DNA of 64,000 nt, from assembly GCF_009914755.1 (NCBI RefSeq), contig NC_060940.1; one strand, given 5' to 3'. Position 1 is the first letter of the stretch. Each line of letters starts with the position of its first letter. The notes under the pieces are model-generated. The model was not told where the DNA came from and did not search any database. It saw only the letters and a program-made list of their open reading frames with translations. A program made the translations under genes and the position numbers. Of this stretch, positions 27,039 through 42,732 are shown in pieces. Source of the stretch: the human T2T-CHM13v2.0 reference genome, Homo sapiens.

Positions 27039-27339
27039 TTGACCCAAGACTTCTTGTCAGCACTGGTTTCTGCAGTGACTGTGGGTTCATCTGGGGTCTC
27101 CCTCTGTCTCTGGTGTCTCTCAGTGTGTTATTTCTCTCCCTGTGGCTGCCTGTTCCTCCTTGCAGCTTCCTGTGTCTCTTTATCTGGGTACCTTTCCTTC
27201 TTTGTCCCTTGCTCAGCCTTCTTGTCTGTACCTCAGTCTCTGTGTTTGTGACTCTGTAATTGTGTTTCTCCGTTACTGACTCTGTTTCTCTGTCCCTCTC
27301 TGAGGTGTAGTCTTTTTTCTTTGTTTTTTCTGTGTCATC

Positions 27340-27510
27340 TCATGGGCATCTCATAATCTTTTGTGATGAGCATTAGGATACCCGTTTCACAGATGAAAGC
27401 TCTGAGACTCAGATAATTGAGGTAAATAGCCCAAGACCACATTAACAAATAAATGGCAGATCAAAAACTCACACCATGGCTTTGTAATTCCAAAGCCTGT
27501 GTTCTCAATC
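27340..27510 (-). mobile_element. MIR
   Basis: cccgtttcacagatgaaagctctgagactcaga...gcccaagaccaca...ttccaaagcctgtgttct. Confidence 0.7.
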
Positions 27511-30500
27511 AAAATGGTTGTTGTCTCTCATTGTTTTTGCCAGAAATCACAAACATCTCTCAAAGATTTGAGCTCAATGAAGGCAAGGGTGCATTTTCAT
27601 GACTAGTATGTTTCCCCCCAAGGAATGTGAGTTCCATAAGAGCAGGTAGCTTTGTCTCCAGCACCAATAACAATGTTTGGCAGTTGTAAAGGCTCAATAC
27701 ATAGGTGCTGAATAAATGAATCTCTGATCCCAGCAGCTGTTGTCTTTCTTGGCACATGATTGGTGCCTCCTTGCCTGATAGCCTGCCACCCTTCAGCAGA
27801 ACTGTACTGCTCTGAAGCTCAGTGGTCCTCAGTGTGCTGACTTCTGTAATATTTTTGCTGCTCGAAGAAAACAAAGAATTTCAAAGTCCAGCACATTTGC
27901 CCTAAGGATGCAAATCAAATGCCTTTATGGAACAATGGCCAAAAACAGGGGCTCTTATTAAAACCCTCACTTGGGAAACTCATGATTTGGAAAAAAAAAA
28001 AGAAAGAAAGAAAAAAATGGCCCCTTGCTTGGTCATCTATTCCTTTGGGCTGCTCAGACTTTGGTCTCATTTTTAACTTTCAAATTGTAAAAAAGGACTT
28101 TGGTTCACGTTCACCACTACACAAAGGAGGCAGTGACACAGTCAGTTGTTGCTTTCATTAGCAGCCTGCTCTGATCGGGCTCGCTTCACACCCTGGCCTT
28201 GTACTGACTTTAATTTGCAGGGCAAAAGCAAATCTAATTGAATCACATGGGGGCTTTTGCAAGCTGGCACCTAAGAACTTTATGGTGAATTTTGGTTCGT
28301 ATTAAATAAGGAACATGAGCCCGGGAATAAAGACAGGGTAAAGAAGTAAACTTTTTGAGCCACAAGTGTTTTCTCCTTAGTGTCTAATTACGAGAGCAAT
28401 CTATGCTCTTTCTGGATGCCAGATTCTAATTGTTCTCTATTTATAATAAAATATAAATTCAGTTACGGCTAGAGTTATTGATTAATATTTCCACAAAATA
28501 ATGGATCTTGGATATATGCCCTTCTAGATAAGAGATCCCTATATACATGTCATTATTACTTCCTCCTCCAGCTGTTTTTGCCATGTTGGTTAATGGTGAA
28601 TCAGCCAATGGCTTGATCCAGCCAGAACCTTGGAGTCATTCTTGACTCTTCCCTTTCTCATACATTGCCCAATGTAGAAGGCCATGAATCGTATCCATTT
28701 CCCACTTGAGTTTCCTTGGATGCCATTTATTTCTCTCCTTTCTTACCACTTTAGCCCTATCCTGTCTCTCAGGGAAAACTGACATAGCCTCCTGCCTGGG
28801 CATCTATTGTATTACTCTCTAATAAAGATCCATTGAGAACAGGGTTCTTCCAACAAACCAGACATCTTGATAGTGTGATGGGAGCAATGGTAACTACCAG
28901 TTAAGTAGCATTTACCCTATGCTGGGCCATTCATTTAGTGCACTGCATGCATTACCTCATTAAAGAGTTGCTTGGTTTTACAGATAAGAGAACTAAAACC
29001 TCGGAGAGGTTGTATAAATGCCCTAACATCAATGAGCTGGTACGCAGTAGTAGCAAGATTCAGCCTGGTCGGGCATCCTGTACCCTTGGCCACTCTCTTA
29101 TTCTGCCTCATCAAGCCTTTAAGTTAAATCAGCCTTGTCTAGAAGCCCAGTTCCAAAATGAACTGACCCTAGGAACCAATGTGAGCAATTTTAGATTCTG
29201 AGCCTTAGTTTTCTCATTTATAAAATGAGCATTATAATATTTATTTTGGGAATTATTTGCTAGGATTAAATGAGCTAATGGCTATAAAATCCATAGCAAT
29301 GGATCATGCATGTGCATAAAAAAAAACAAACAAAAAAATGGAAATTCTTTACTTCTCCCCTAAACATAAGATTTGAATGCAGCTTCCTCAGAAGAGGAAA
29401 GATCATTTCTTGGTATATGTATGTATTACACATTTTCTCATACATACGAGAAGGTTCTAGGGTGGAATACTGTATTCGTCAAAGGAAATTGGGATTCAAA
29501 ACAACATTGCTTGACTTTTTGCTCTCTCCCCAAACCCCCCTGAACCCCTTCATAAAATATGGCTTTTCTACATTAAAAAGAAAAATCACCAACAAAAGCA
29601 ATCCATGAAAAAATATCTCTATCATCTTTCTGATCATTGCATTTATCCTAATGCCTTTGCTCAAATTTTTCTGCCTACTGCCTACAATGCAAAGTAACTA
29701 GCCCTCTTTGTTCTAACACTGCATCTAGATGTTGGGGTTTCTTATGGGCAATTTGAAGATGGCAAATGATGATGGAATGTTCAATCACACACTGAACTGC
29801 CCTCCTGGAGTGAAATACACCACACAATGCTTAACTGTTTCCCCGCTGGTGTTTACTGGGGAAGCACTATTATCTCAGGTATGGAACAAGCAACAGAAGG
29901 CAGGCTGCAAAGACTAAGGTTTCCTGCTGCCTCAGGGAGCAGTGGGATCAGTTTACCTTTTGAAGGATTGTTTTGTGCATCAATTAACAGGGTCATCATA
30001 AACCCCTTCAACACAGAGCAATCAGCCAGCTGTTGTAGTGGAAAGAAAGGTGAGTATAATACAGAGTCCTGGCTCACCTGGACTAGGCCCAGCTTGCCCT
30101 TCAGAATATTGGAATCAAGTGTTGGGGGAAAATTGGAGGGAGGTTCAGATATGCACCCTGTTGCCTTGCAGCATCCTTGGCAAGGGAGTGTAATTTCAGG
30201 CACCCTGAATACCACCAGCAGCCAAGAGGCTTTGAACCTTTAACTGTGACCTTTCTGGCCTTGTATCTATTTCCCAAAAATCTCCCATCTCTTCATTTGT
30301 GAACCCCTCATTCTGTTACTCCTCCCTGAAGATGACCTTCAGGGGTACCTTTAAAGTTGAAAGGGCTGTTTCAACATTTGCTGTACACATGTGTTCACTT
30401 GTTATTCATTTGTTTGTTGATTCATTTATTTACAGCAAAGTTTTACTCTTGAAGTGTGTTGTCCAGACTGGGGAAGGGCCATCACCAGGGCAGAACCCAT

Positions 30501-31937
30501 TAGAGCTTCTAATGTTGAAGATCACCTGTGAATAGTCAGATAGCAACAAAGGGGACACAATTTTTTAATAATCTCAGTCCTCTTAGGAATGAGCCATCAG
30601 TTCAGCGCCACCCTTCCCCAAGAGGTTGATGGGCCCAGGAAAGAGCGAGGAGCCAGGACTCCTATATGTGATGAACACTGTCCTTGGTGCCACACACATA
30701 ATGATGAGTCCATCAATATCCCATCTTCAAACAGGTCAATCTAACAAACACTACTCAGAGCTGTCTGGAGGGAGGCAAAAGAGACTAGAACCTTGAGGAC
30801 ACTCACCACATTTACCTTTCCATATCAAATCAACATTTGAACATGGAAGGAGAGCAAAGGACATCCCAGAATTTGAGAGATGAGGTCATGGGAAGTAGCA
30901 AAGACACAGCATGAAGGAATTGAGTAGGGGCCAAGCAGGATGCTTCGGTCCGGAGCAGTTGGTGATTCCCCTTAACGTGAGAAAGATAAGGCATCCAGGT
31001 GTAGGGAAATCTTGGAAAATCAGGATGGGTGAGAGAACATGAACACAGAACACAAGGAGACCTCTTGAAACTGGAAAAAGGAAGTCAGAAAAGGACCTGA
31101 TGGAGGAAAATCAGTTTCCAAAAAGGAGTTCATTCTCTGCTAGTAAACATGACATTCTCTTCATCTGAATCTGAATAAAGTGGAGAGGAAATAAGTGAAC
31201 TCCTCCATTGCTTTATTTAGAGTTGAACTGGGTTTAATATATGAAGCAGTAGAGAGGAGAGTAATCACCATTACTATTCAAAGCAACCTCATTCATAGTG
31301 GCCTGTGATGCATGGTTTTCTCAGGCTTTATCAGGTCATTTTGCCATGCAGGGGGCTCCAGTGCAGGGTCTGTAGCAAGTGGCAAGGCAGGTAATAGTGC
31401 CATAATTTCAGACAATTGGGAATCAGACCCCAGGGAGAAAGTTGGCTTTGATATTCAGATCCAGATACCTAGGCTGTCTGTAAGAGAATAAGATTTAGTA
31501 GAGGTGTAAATAGAAATAGAAATGCTAAAGAGGAAAACTGAGGCAGAAGGCCAGAAATGGAGTCAGCTCTGAGGAGCAAGGGGAAGAACGAGAGTGGATT
31601 TGATGGCCAGAGTTTTGCCAGCCTTGGAAGGCTGGGGCCTATGGCAGTAAGACACTTACTCTTGTGGCTGTGACAGACAAAATGTCTGGTCAGGATTATC
31701 TCAGGGGGAGAGCAGAATTGAGGCTTCAGGTCAACATCATCAGTAGTGGCAGCTGAGGGGATTTAGCATGGGCATAGTAGGGGGGCAGAACAGCCTAAGA
31801 GGCTAAAATCATAACTCCCTGGCATTCCAATGTTGCAATAAATGAAAGGATTGCAGAGGGCCAGAGAGATGACTGTGGGAGAAAGAATAAATACAGGCTT
31901 TGAAGTCCATCAGACCTGGATTTTATTTCTATCTCTG

Positions 31938-32000
31938 ATAATGATGATGACGATGGTGATGACGATGATGGTAGTGATACTGATGATGATGATGTTGATG
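31938..32000. repeat. (GAT)n degenerate microsatellite
   Basis: atgatgatgacgatggtgatgacgatgatg. Confidence 0.85.
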
Positions 32001-32306
32001 AGTACATTGAGGGTAAGTGAGATAATGAATAACACATCCTTTGAGCATAGTGAGCAATCAACCTAGGTCAGTTCTTATTGCTAAGAAGACATGGAATTTT
32101 CCCTGGATCAACCACATTCCTATCTCTTCGCATGACAGCTGTTGCCTGACACTTTGGTTCTAAGTCCCTACTTCCTCCAGAATAACCACTACCACCACCA
32201 GCACAATAACAGTAATTAAAAATAAATAAATAAATAAATAAATAAACTAACACATATAGGGTAATTATTATATGTACATCATTCCAAGTGTTTTTAACAA
32301 TATTGT

Positions 32307-32760
32307 TTTCATGCTCATCCATGTGAAGAGACCACCAAACAGGCTTTGTGTGAGCAACATGGCTGTTTATTTCACCTGGGTGCAGGCGGGCTGAGTCCGA
32401 AAAGAGAGTCAGCAAAGGGAGATAAGGGTGGGGCCGTTTTATAGGATTTGGGTAGGTAAAGGAAAATTACAGTCAAAGGGGGTTTGTTCTCTGGCGGGCA
32501 GGAGTGGGGGGTCGCAAGGTGCTCAGTGGGGGTGCTTTTTGAGCCAGGATGAGCCAGGTAAAGGACTTTCACAAGGTAACCTCATCACTTAAAGCAAGGA
32601 CCGGCCATTTACACTTCTTTTGTGGTGGAATGTCATCAGTTAAGGCGGGGCAGGGCATATTCACTTCTTTTGTGATTCTTCAGTTACTTCAGGCCATCTG
32701 GGCATATACCTGCAAGTCACAGGGGATGCGATGGCTTGGCTTGGGCTCAGAGGCCTGACA
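32307..32760 (-). mobile_element. LTR7, 3' LTR
   Basis: On minus: TGTCAGGCCTCTGAGCCCAAG...CCTATAAAA...AATAAA...CATGAAA. Confidence 0.97.
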
Positions 32761-34715
32761 TTCCTGCCTTCTTATATTAATAAGAAAAATAAAACAAAAT
32801 GGTGTTGAAGTGTTGGGGCGGCGAAAATTTTTGGAGGGTGACATGGAGAGAGAATGGGCGATGTTTCTCAGGGCTGCTTCAAGCGGGATTAGGGGTGGCG
32901 TGGGAACCTAGAGTGGGAGAGATTAAGCTGAAGGGAGGTCTTGTGGTAAGGGGTGATATTGTGGGGATGTTAGAAGAAACATTTGTCGTATAGAATGATT
33001 GGTGATGGCCTGGATACGGTTTTGGATGAATTGAGAAACGAAATGGAATAAGAGAAGGAGAAAAATAGGTATAAAAGGTTTAAGAATTGGGACGACTCAG
33101 GATATCTGATTAGAGAGTGCCTCAGGAGATTCAGCATAGTCCTGCCAGCAAAGATTATTTATTTACTTCAAGAGTTTAGAGTGGCAGTTTGGGGATAGCA
33201 CCAGGAGATATCAGCTGTGATGGCTTGGAGAAACAGTGTAAACCGGCAGTGTAAACAAGAGCAGGGCATGTATGAGTAGTTGAGAACGATGAATAGGAGT
33301 ATGACTAGACAAAAGATAGTAGGGATGACAAGTTTTTTTGGGGGCACAGTCTAAGTTGCTCTGGTGTCGAATGAGACTGGGGCCTAATAAAAAGGAGCGT
33401 CTATACAGGAGCTTAAATGGGCTCCTGTACACCTTGTAGCATTCTGAGGACAGGCCTGAATTCTGAGAAGCAAAAGTGGTAAAAGTATTGTCCAGTCCTT
33501 TTTAAGTTGGTGGCTGAGCTTGGTGAGGTGTGTTTTTAAAAGACCTTTAGTCCACTCTACTTTTCTTGAAGGCGGAGGACCATAAGGGATATAAAGGTTT
33601 CACTGAATACTAAGAGCCTGAAAAACTGCTTGGCTGATTTGACTAATAAAGGCTCATCTGTTATCAGACTGTATAGAGGTGGGAAGGCTAAACTGAGGAA
33701 TTATGTCTGACAGAAGGGAAGAAATGACTGCGGTGGCCTTCTCAGACCCTGTAGGAAAGGCCTTTACTTATTCAGTGAAAGTGTCTATTTAGACTAACAG
33801 GTATTTTAGTTTCCTGACTCGGGCATGTTGATTAAAACTAATTTGCCAGTCCTGGGTGGGGGCAAATCCTTGAGCTTGATGTGTAGGGAAGGGAGGGGGC
33901 CTGAATAATCCCTGAGGAGTAGTAGAATAGCAGATGGAACACTGAGAAGTTATTTCCTTGAGGATAGATTTCCACGATGGAAAGGAAATGAGAGGTTCTG
34001 AGAGGCGGGCTAGTGGCTTGTACTATAGCATAACCTGCCTTTGCTGGTGTGTGGCGATTAGGCCTGGTGGAACCTCCATCAATAAATCAAGCGTGATCAG
34101 GGTGAGGAACAGGAAAGAAGGAAATCTGGGGAAATGGGATGAATGTCAGGTGGATCAGACAGATACAGTCATGGGGGTCAGGTGTGGTATCAGGAATAAT
34201 GTGGGAGGCTGGATTGAAGTCTGGGCCAGGAACAATGGTAATTGTGGGAGACTCAACAAAGAGTGAGTACAGCTGAAGGAGCCAGGAAGCAGAAAGTATA
34301 TGCGTCAGGTATGAGGAAGAAAATAGATTTTGGAAGTTATGAGAAATGTAGCGAGTGAGTTGAGCATAGTTTGTGATTTTTAGGGCCTCTAACAGTATTA
34401 AAGCAGTGGCAGCCGCTGCAGGCAGACATGAGGGCTAGGCTAAAACAGTAAGGTCAAGTTGTTTGGACAGAAAGGCTACAGGGTGTGGTCCTGGCTCTTG
34501 TGTAAGAGTTCTGACCACACTAACCATGTTTAGGAAGGAAAGGAGTTGTTGTTTTGTAGAAGGTGCTGGGGTTTGAGAGATCAGTCGGACACTATTGGCA
34601 GGGAGAGCACGTGTGTTTTTATGAGAATTATGCCGAGATAGGTAACAGATGAGGAAGAAATTTGGGCTTGATGGAAGTAATGGGGGCTGTCTGTGAAGCT
34701 TTGCAGCAGTACAGC

Positions 34716-35147
34716 CTAGGTAATTTGCTGAGCTTGATGGGTGTCAGGGTCAGTCCAAGTGAAAGTGGAGAGAGGCTGGGATGAAGGGTGCAAAGGAATA
34801 GTAAAGAAAGCATGTTTGACATCTAGAACAGAATAATGGGTTATAGAGGCAGGTATTGAGGATAGGAGAGGATATGGGTTTGGCACCATAGGGTGGATAG
34901 GCAAAACAATTTGGTTGATAAGGCACAGATCCGGAACTAACTTGTAAGGCTTGTCTGGTTTTAGGACAGGTAAAATGGGAGAATTGTAAGGAGAGTTTAT
35001 AGGCTTTAAAAGGCCATGCTGTAGCAGGAGAGTGATAACAGGCTTTAATCTTTTTAAAGCGTGCTGTGGGATGGGATATTGGCGTTGAGTGGGGTAAGGG
35101 TGATTAGGTTTTAATGAGATGGTAAGGGGTGCATGATCAGTCGCCAA
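34716..35147 (-). pseudogene. pol: HERV-H pol, N-terminal RT fragment
   Basis: QYPIPQ...SPYNSPILPVLKPDKPYKLV.DL..IN...HYSVLDVKHAFFTIPL; truncated and degenerate. Confidence 0.9.
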
Positions 35148-35705
35148 GGAGGGAGTAGAGGTATCTTATACTTGTGGGTTAAGGTGGGGGGATACAAGAG
35201 GAGGACGCAAAGGAGGCTTTGGATTGGGAAGAAGGGCAGCAATGAGATATAGCTGTAGTCCAGGAATAGTCAGGGAAGCAGATAATTTAGTTAAAGTGTC
35301 TCAGCCTAATAAGGGAACTGGGCAGGTGGGGATAACTAAAAAGGAGTGCTTAAAAGAGTATTTTCTGAGTTGGCACTAGAGTTGGGGAGTTTTAAGAGGT
35401 TTAGAAGCCTGGCCGTCAATACCCACAACAGTTATGGAGGCAAGGGAAACAGGCCCTTGAAAAGAAGGTAATGTGGAGTGGGTAGCCTCCATATTGATTA
35501 AGAAGGGGACGGGCTTACCTTTCACTGTGAGAGTTACCCAAAGCTCGGCGTTCGTGATGGTCTAGGGGGCTTCCGAGGCGATCGGGCAGTGTCAGTCTTC
35601 AGCCGCTAAGCCGAGAAGATCTGGGAAGGAGTCAGTCAGAGAGCCTTGGGCCAGAGTTCCAGGGGCTCTGGGAGTGGCTGCCAGGTGAGTTGAACAGTCC
35701 GATTT

Positions 35706-35921
35706 TCAGTGGGGTCCCACACAGATGGGACGCGGCTTAGGAGGAATCCCGGGCAGCGGGCATTCCTTGGCCCAGTGGCCAGATTTCCGGCACGTGTAGC
35801 AAGCTCCTGTGGGAGGAGGTTCTGGAGGAACACCTGGCCGCTGCGGTTCAGGCGTTTGGAAGTTCTCGTGTGCTGGAGATGTGGCTGGGGTTTGTCTCAC
35901 AGTGAAGGTAAGGAATTGCAA
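35706..35921 (-). pseudogene. gag: HERV-H gag nucleocapsid fragment with CCHC zinc knuckle
   Basis: CYTCRKSGHWAKEC (CX2CX4HX4C). Confidence 0.9.
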
Positions 35922-36885
35922 CTTTTTTCTATTATTCTACACCTTGAAGGCGAGGTTAATTAAATCCTGTTGTGGGGTTTGAGGGCTGGAATTTAATTTT
36001 TGGAGTTTTATTTAATGTCGGGAGCAGATTGGGTAATAAAATGTATTTTAAGAATAAGACGGCCTTTTGACGTTTTAGGGTCTAGGGCTGTAAAGTGTCT
36101 CAGGGTTGCTACCAAACAAGTTATGAACTGGGCTGGATTTTTATATTTGATGAAAAAGAACCTAAACGCTTCTGATTTGGGATAAAGAAAAAGGAGCATT
36201 AACCTTGACTATGCCTTTGGCGCCAGCCACCGTTTTAAAAGTAAATTGCTGGGCAGGTGGGGGAGGGCTAGTCACGGGCCGAAACTGTAAGCCGGACCAG
36301 GTGTGAGGGGAGGTGATACAAAGATTATAGGGTGGAGGAGCGGAGGCTGAGGAAGAATTGGGACCCAGCTCGGCCTGGCGAGGAGCAGCCTGGGGAGGAA
36401 GGGAGAGGTCAGATGGGTCTGTAGAAAAGGAAGATTAGAAAGCCTCAGCGACGCTTGGAGTTGGTACTGAGGGGACAGGCGGGAGGGAAAGAAGGAAGAT
36501 TTGGGACGAGTTGCACTGGGCACAGAGACTAGGAAGGGACTGATGTGTAAAAGAATGCTTGGATGTCAGGCACCTCAGACCGTTTGCCTATTTTACAAGA
36601 ATTATTTAGATTTTGCAGGATGGAAAAATTCAAAGTGCCATTTTCTGGCTATTTGGAACTACTGTCGAGTTTGTATTGGGGTCAAGTGGCATTGCAGAAG
36701 AAAAGGCATTTAGGTTTTAGGTCAGGTGTGAGTTGAAGAGGTTTTAAGTTTTTGAAAACACAGGCTAAGGAAGAAGGAGGAATGGAAGGTGGAAGCTTAC
36801 CCATAGCGAAGGAGGCAAGTCCAGAGAAAAGAGTAGAGACACGGAGAAGGGGTGGAGGGTTCCTGCCCTCCAGAAAAGCAGAGAA

Positions 36886-37110
36886 GGGGTTGGGGCACGG
36901 AAATAAGGGATTGGGGCACAGAGATAAGAGGTCAGGGTACAGAAATAAGGGATTGGGGCACAGAGATAAGAGGTTGGGGTGCAGAAATAAACGACTGGGG
37001 GTTCTTGCCTCCTAGGAAAGCGGGACTTGCCACTAAGGGTGAAGGAGAAGGGGTTGAGGGGTACTTGCCCCTGCCCCAGGAAAGCGGGACTTGCCGCTAA
37101 GGGTGAAGGA
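36886..37110. repeat. HERV-H leader tandem repeats
   Basis: About five copies of a ~21-bp ggggcacagagataag unit and two copies of aggaaagcgggacttgcc(a/g)ctaagggtgaagga. Confidence 0.85.
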
Positions 37111-37383
37111 CCAAGGCAGGCGTCCCTGCGTGGTCTGACATCTTTGAAATGTGGGTGAATAATCAGAGAAGTGTCCCAGCAATGATTAAACACCAAGGGA
37201 AGGCTGCCTTCCCAGTCCATGACCGGCGCCGGAGTTTTGGGTCCACGGATAAAACGTGTCTCCTTTGTCTCTCCAAGAAAATGAAAGGAATTGAAATTAA
37301 GAGAAGGGAGAGATTGAAGAGTGGAAAGGAGAAAGTGGTTGAGGGACAGTGAGAGAGGTTGGAGAAGAGAGTAAGAAGAGGCC

Positions 37384-37392
37384 GCTTACCTG
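37384..37392 (-). promoter_or_regulatory. HERV-H major splice donor CAG|GTAAGC
   Basis: Reverse complement of gcttacctg; the exon would end at 37390, 12 nt after the LTR end. Confidence 0.8.
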
Positions 37393-37401
37393 ATTACCAA
37401 A

Positions 37402-37853
37402 TTTCATGCGCGTCTGTGTGAAGAGACCACCAAACAGGCTTTGTGTGAGCAACATGGCTGTTTATTTCACCTGGGTGCAGGCGGGCTGAGTCCGAAAAGA
37501 GAGTCAGCAAAGGGAGATAAGGGTGGGGCCGTTTTATAGGATTTGGGAAGGTAATGGAAAATTACAGTCAAAGGGGCTTTGTTCTCTGGCGGGCAGGAGT
37601 GGGGGTCGAAAGGTGCTCAGTGGGGGTGCTTTTTGAGCCAGGATGAGCCAGGAAAAGGACTTTCACAAGGTAATGTCATCACTTGAAGCAAGGACCGGCC
37701 ATTTACACTTCTTTTGTGGTGGAATGTCATCAGTTAAGGTGGGGCAGGGCATATTCACTTCTTTTGTGATTCTTCAGTTACTTCAGGCCATCTGGGCGTA
37801 TACGTGCAAGTCACAGGGGATGCGATGGCTTGGCTTGGGCTCAGAGGCCGACA
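37402..37853 (-). promoter_or_regulatory. LTR7, 5' LTR (promoter)
   Basis: Same sequence as the 3' LTR with about 17 differences over about 454 bp by manual count; TATA-like CCTATAAAA; two ACAAAAGA motifs. Confidence 0.95.
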
Positions 37854-39400
37854 TTTGTCTCATTAAATTCTCAGAAAAAATCCTATGTGGTTGGTACCAT
37901 TATTACTATCTCTGTATTACAGGTTTGGAAATTTAAAGATACAGAGAGTCACATTGACTTGTCTAAAGCCACAAATCCAGCTCCTCACAATGTCTAAGGC
38001 TTTGTTTCAGAAAGTTTTGTCCTCTAGTCCTTCATCATATTATTTGAAGCCCCGACCAGCAACTTCGCGTGGCCCAGCGAGCTGCAGGACCCACTTTGAT
38101 GGCTCTGTTCTCAGAACAGGGTGGGGAGCACTGGTGGAGAATGCGGCATAAATCTCCACCTCATAACCCAAGAGCCTCTACTCCAAGGCCATAACTCCAC
38201 ATCCATCAGGCTGCGGCCTGGGAGTGTTATTAGAGAAAGCACTGGGGATAATTCTTTCCAGGAAAGGGCTTTTTGCTCTGTGATTGATTAAAGACACCCC
38301 CTCTCCAAGCTGCCTCTTGCTGAGGAGCCAGTGGCTCATTTTCACAGCAGTGAGAGAACATTTCTTTGTCCTCCAACAACAGGGGTTCCAGTGAAGACTT
38401 TTGATTTCCATATCCCCCTGTAAGAGGAAGGCCCAGAAGCAAAATTCTCGTTAAATATTTATTGCCTCCTCCCCACCCCTTTCTCAGTGTGTCAGGCCCC
38501 AACAAACCCCCTTAATCACAGGGCAATCAAGCCCTGAAGAGCTGGGCTTGCTGGCTCAGGAGGGGTGTTGGGCACCCAGCAGAGAGGGGCTGAAGCCTGG
38601 GTTTCCTCTAGAGTGGGATGGAATTGCACAGTAGCCACGTGGCCATGAATGGGACTTGGAATTGAGCAAATGGGAAGTTTTGGAGAACAAATTTACTCTC
38701 CTATAGCCATCACTCACCAACACCATGTTAATGCACACACCATCTCTTCCTGCCCTCTCAAATGCTTCCCTTCCAGTCAGTTGCTATTGATTTTTTTCTC
38801 TGGTTCTGCTTGATCACATCTCTTAAGGAGTTATCCAGGTTCTAGTTCTTGAATTTCCCAGATGGTCCCACCAGCTGGGAACTCACTGTCCCCCCTACAC
38901 CTAGTACATTGTGACAAGGACAGAAACAATATCCACAGATTTCAACACAAAAATGTGTTGGAAGCTGCTCTCTACAGGCATGGAATTGGTGTGCCCATTC
39001 TGCCCACACTGGACATCCAAGATCACTGCTCTTGATCTTGGAGATTCACACTTGATTTTAGCTTCTTTTGGGTGTGATAATCCATAATTAGTTGGGTCTT
39101 TGGCTTATTTGATTCTGACTTCACAACTGGGCCTCACCTCTGGATCCTTTTTATCTCCCACCATTGCAGAGGAGAGGTTTTCTCTGCCAGTATAAGCCTC
39201 ATAGAACTACTCAGTAGGGCTGTCTCTGAAAAGATGTGACAAAAATGAGCCCAAACCCAATGTTGGGATCTGGGAAAAGACCAATTTTTGCTGAAGGGGC
39301 TGCAGGCCTGAAGCCATATCTTCAAGGTTGAGTGGGTGGTGACTAGACCAGGAAGCCTCCGTCCCTTGATTGAGACCTTTGGCACCCAGCAGAGGCTTTC

Positions 39401-42732
<3,332 letters not shown>

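Larger units (their letters stand above)
25739..27331. repeat. Inverted duplication, arms 25739-26007 and 27054-27331
   Basis: Arms are reverse complements at roughly 80% identity by eye (e.g. ctgcagaaaccagtgctgacaa / ttgtcagcactggtttctgcag); ORF-track peptides on opposite strands share LSALVSAV...CLFLLAAS. Confidence 0.92.
32307..37853 (-). mobile_element. HERV-H provirus (about 5.55 kb, defective, env largely deleted), inserted in a MIR
   Basis: Two LTR7s, PPT next to the 3' LTR (aagaaggcaggaa on minus), gag/pro/pol remnants, near TSD attgt/tttgt; MIR text is interrupted at 32306 and resumes at 37854. Confidence 0.97.

Noticed and set aside
25502-27251. Hydrophobic 'membrane protein-like' and mutually similar ORFs
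   Set aside because: Produced by the pyrimidine strand of the GA tract and by the inverted duplication.
29827-30243. Overlapping 138/120-aa ORFs and a perfect AAG|GTGAGT donor at 30047-30055
   Set aside because: No recognisable homology and a weak acceptor; isolated consensus donors (also 19394 and 48728) are expected by chance.
36886-36990. Regular ~21-bp repeat array resembling CRISPR or a novel minisatellite
   Set aside because: No spacers; it is the normal HERV-H leader repeat.
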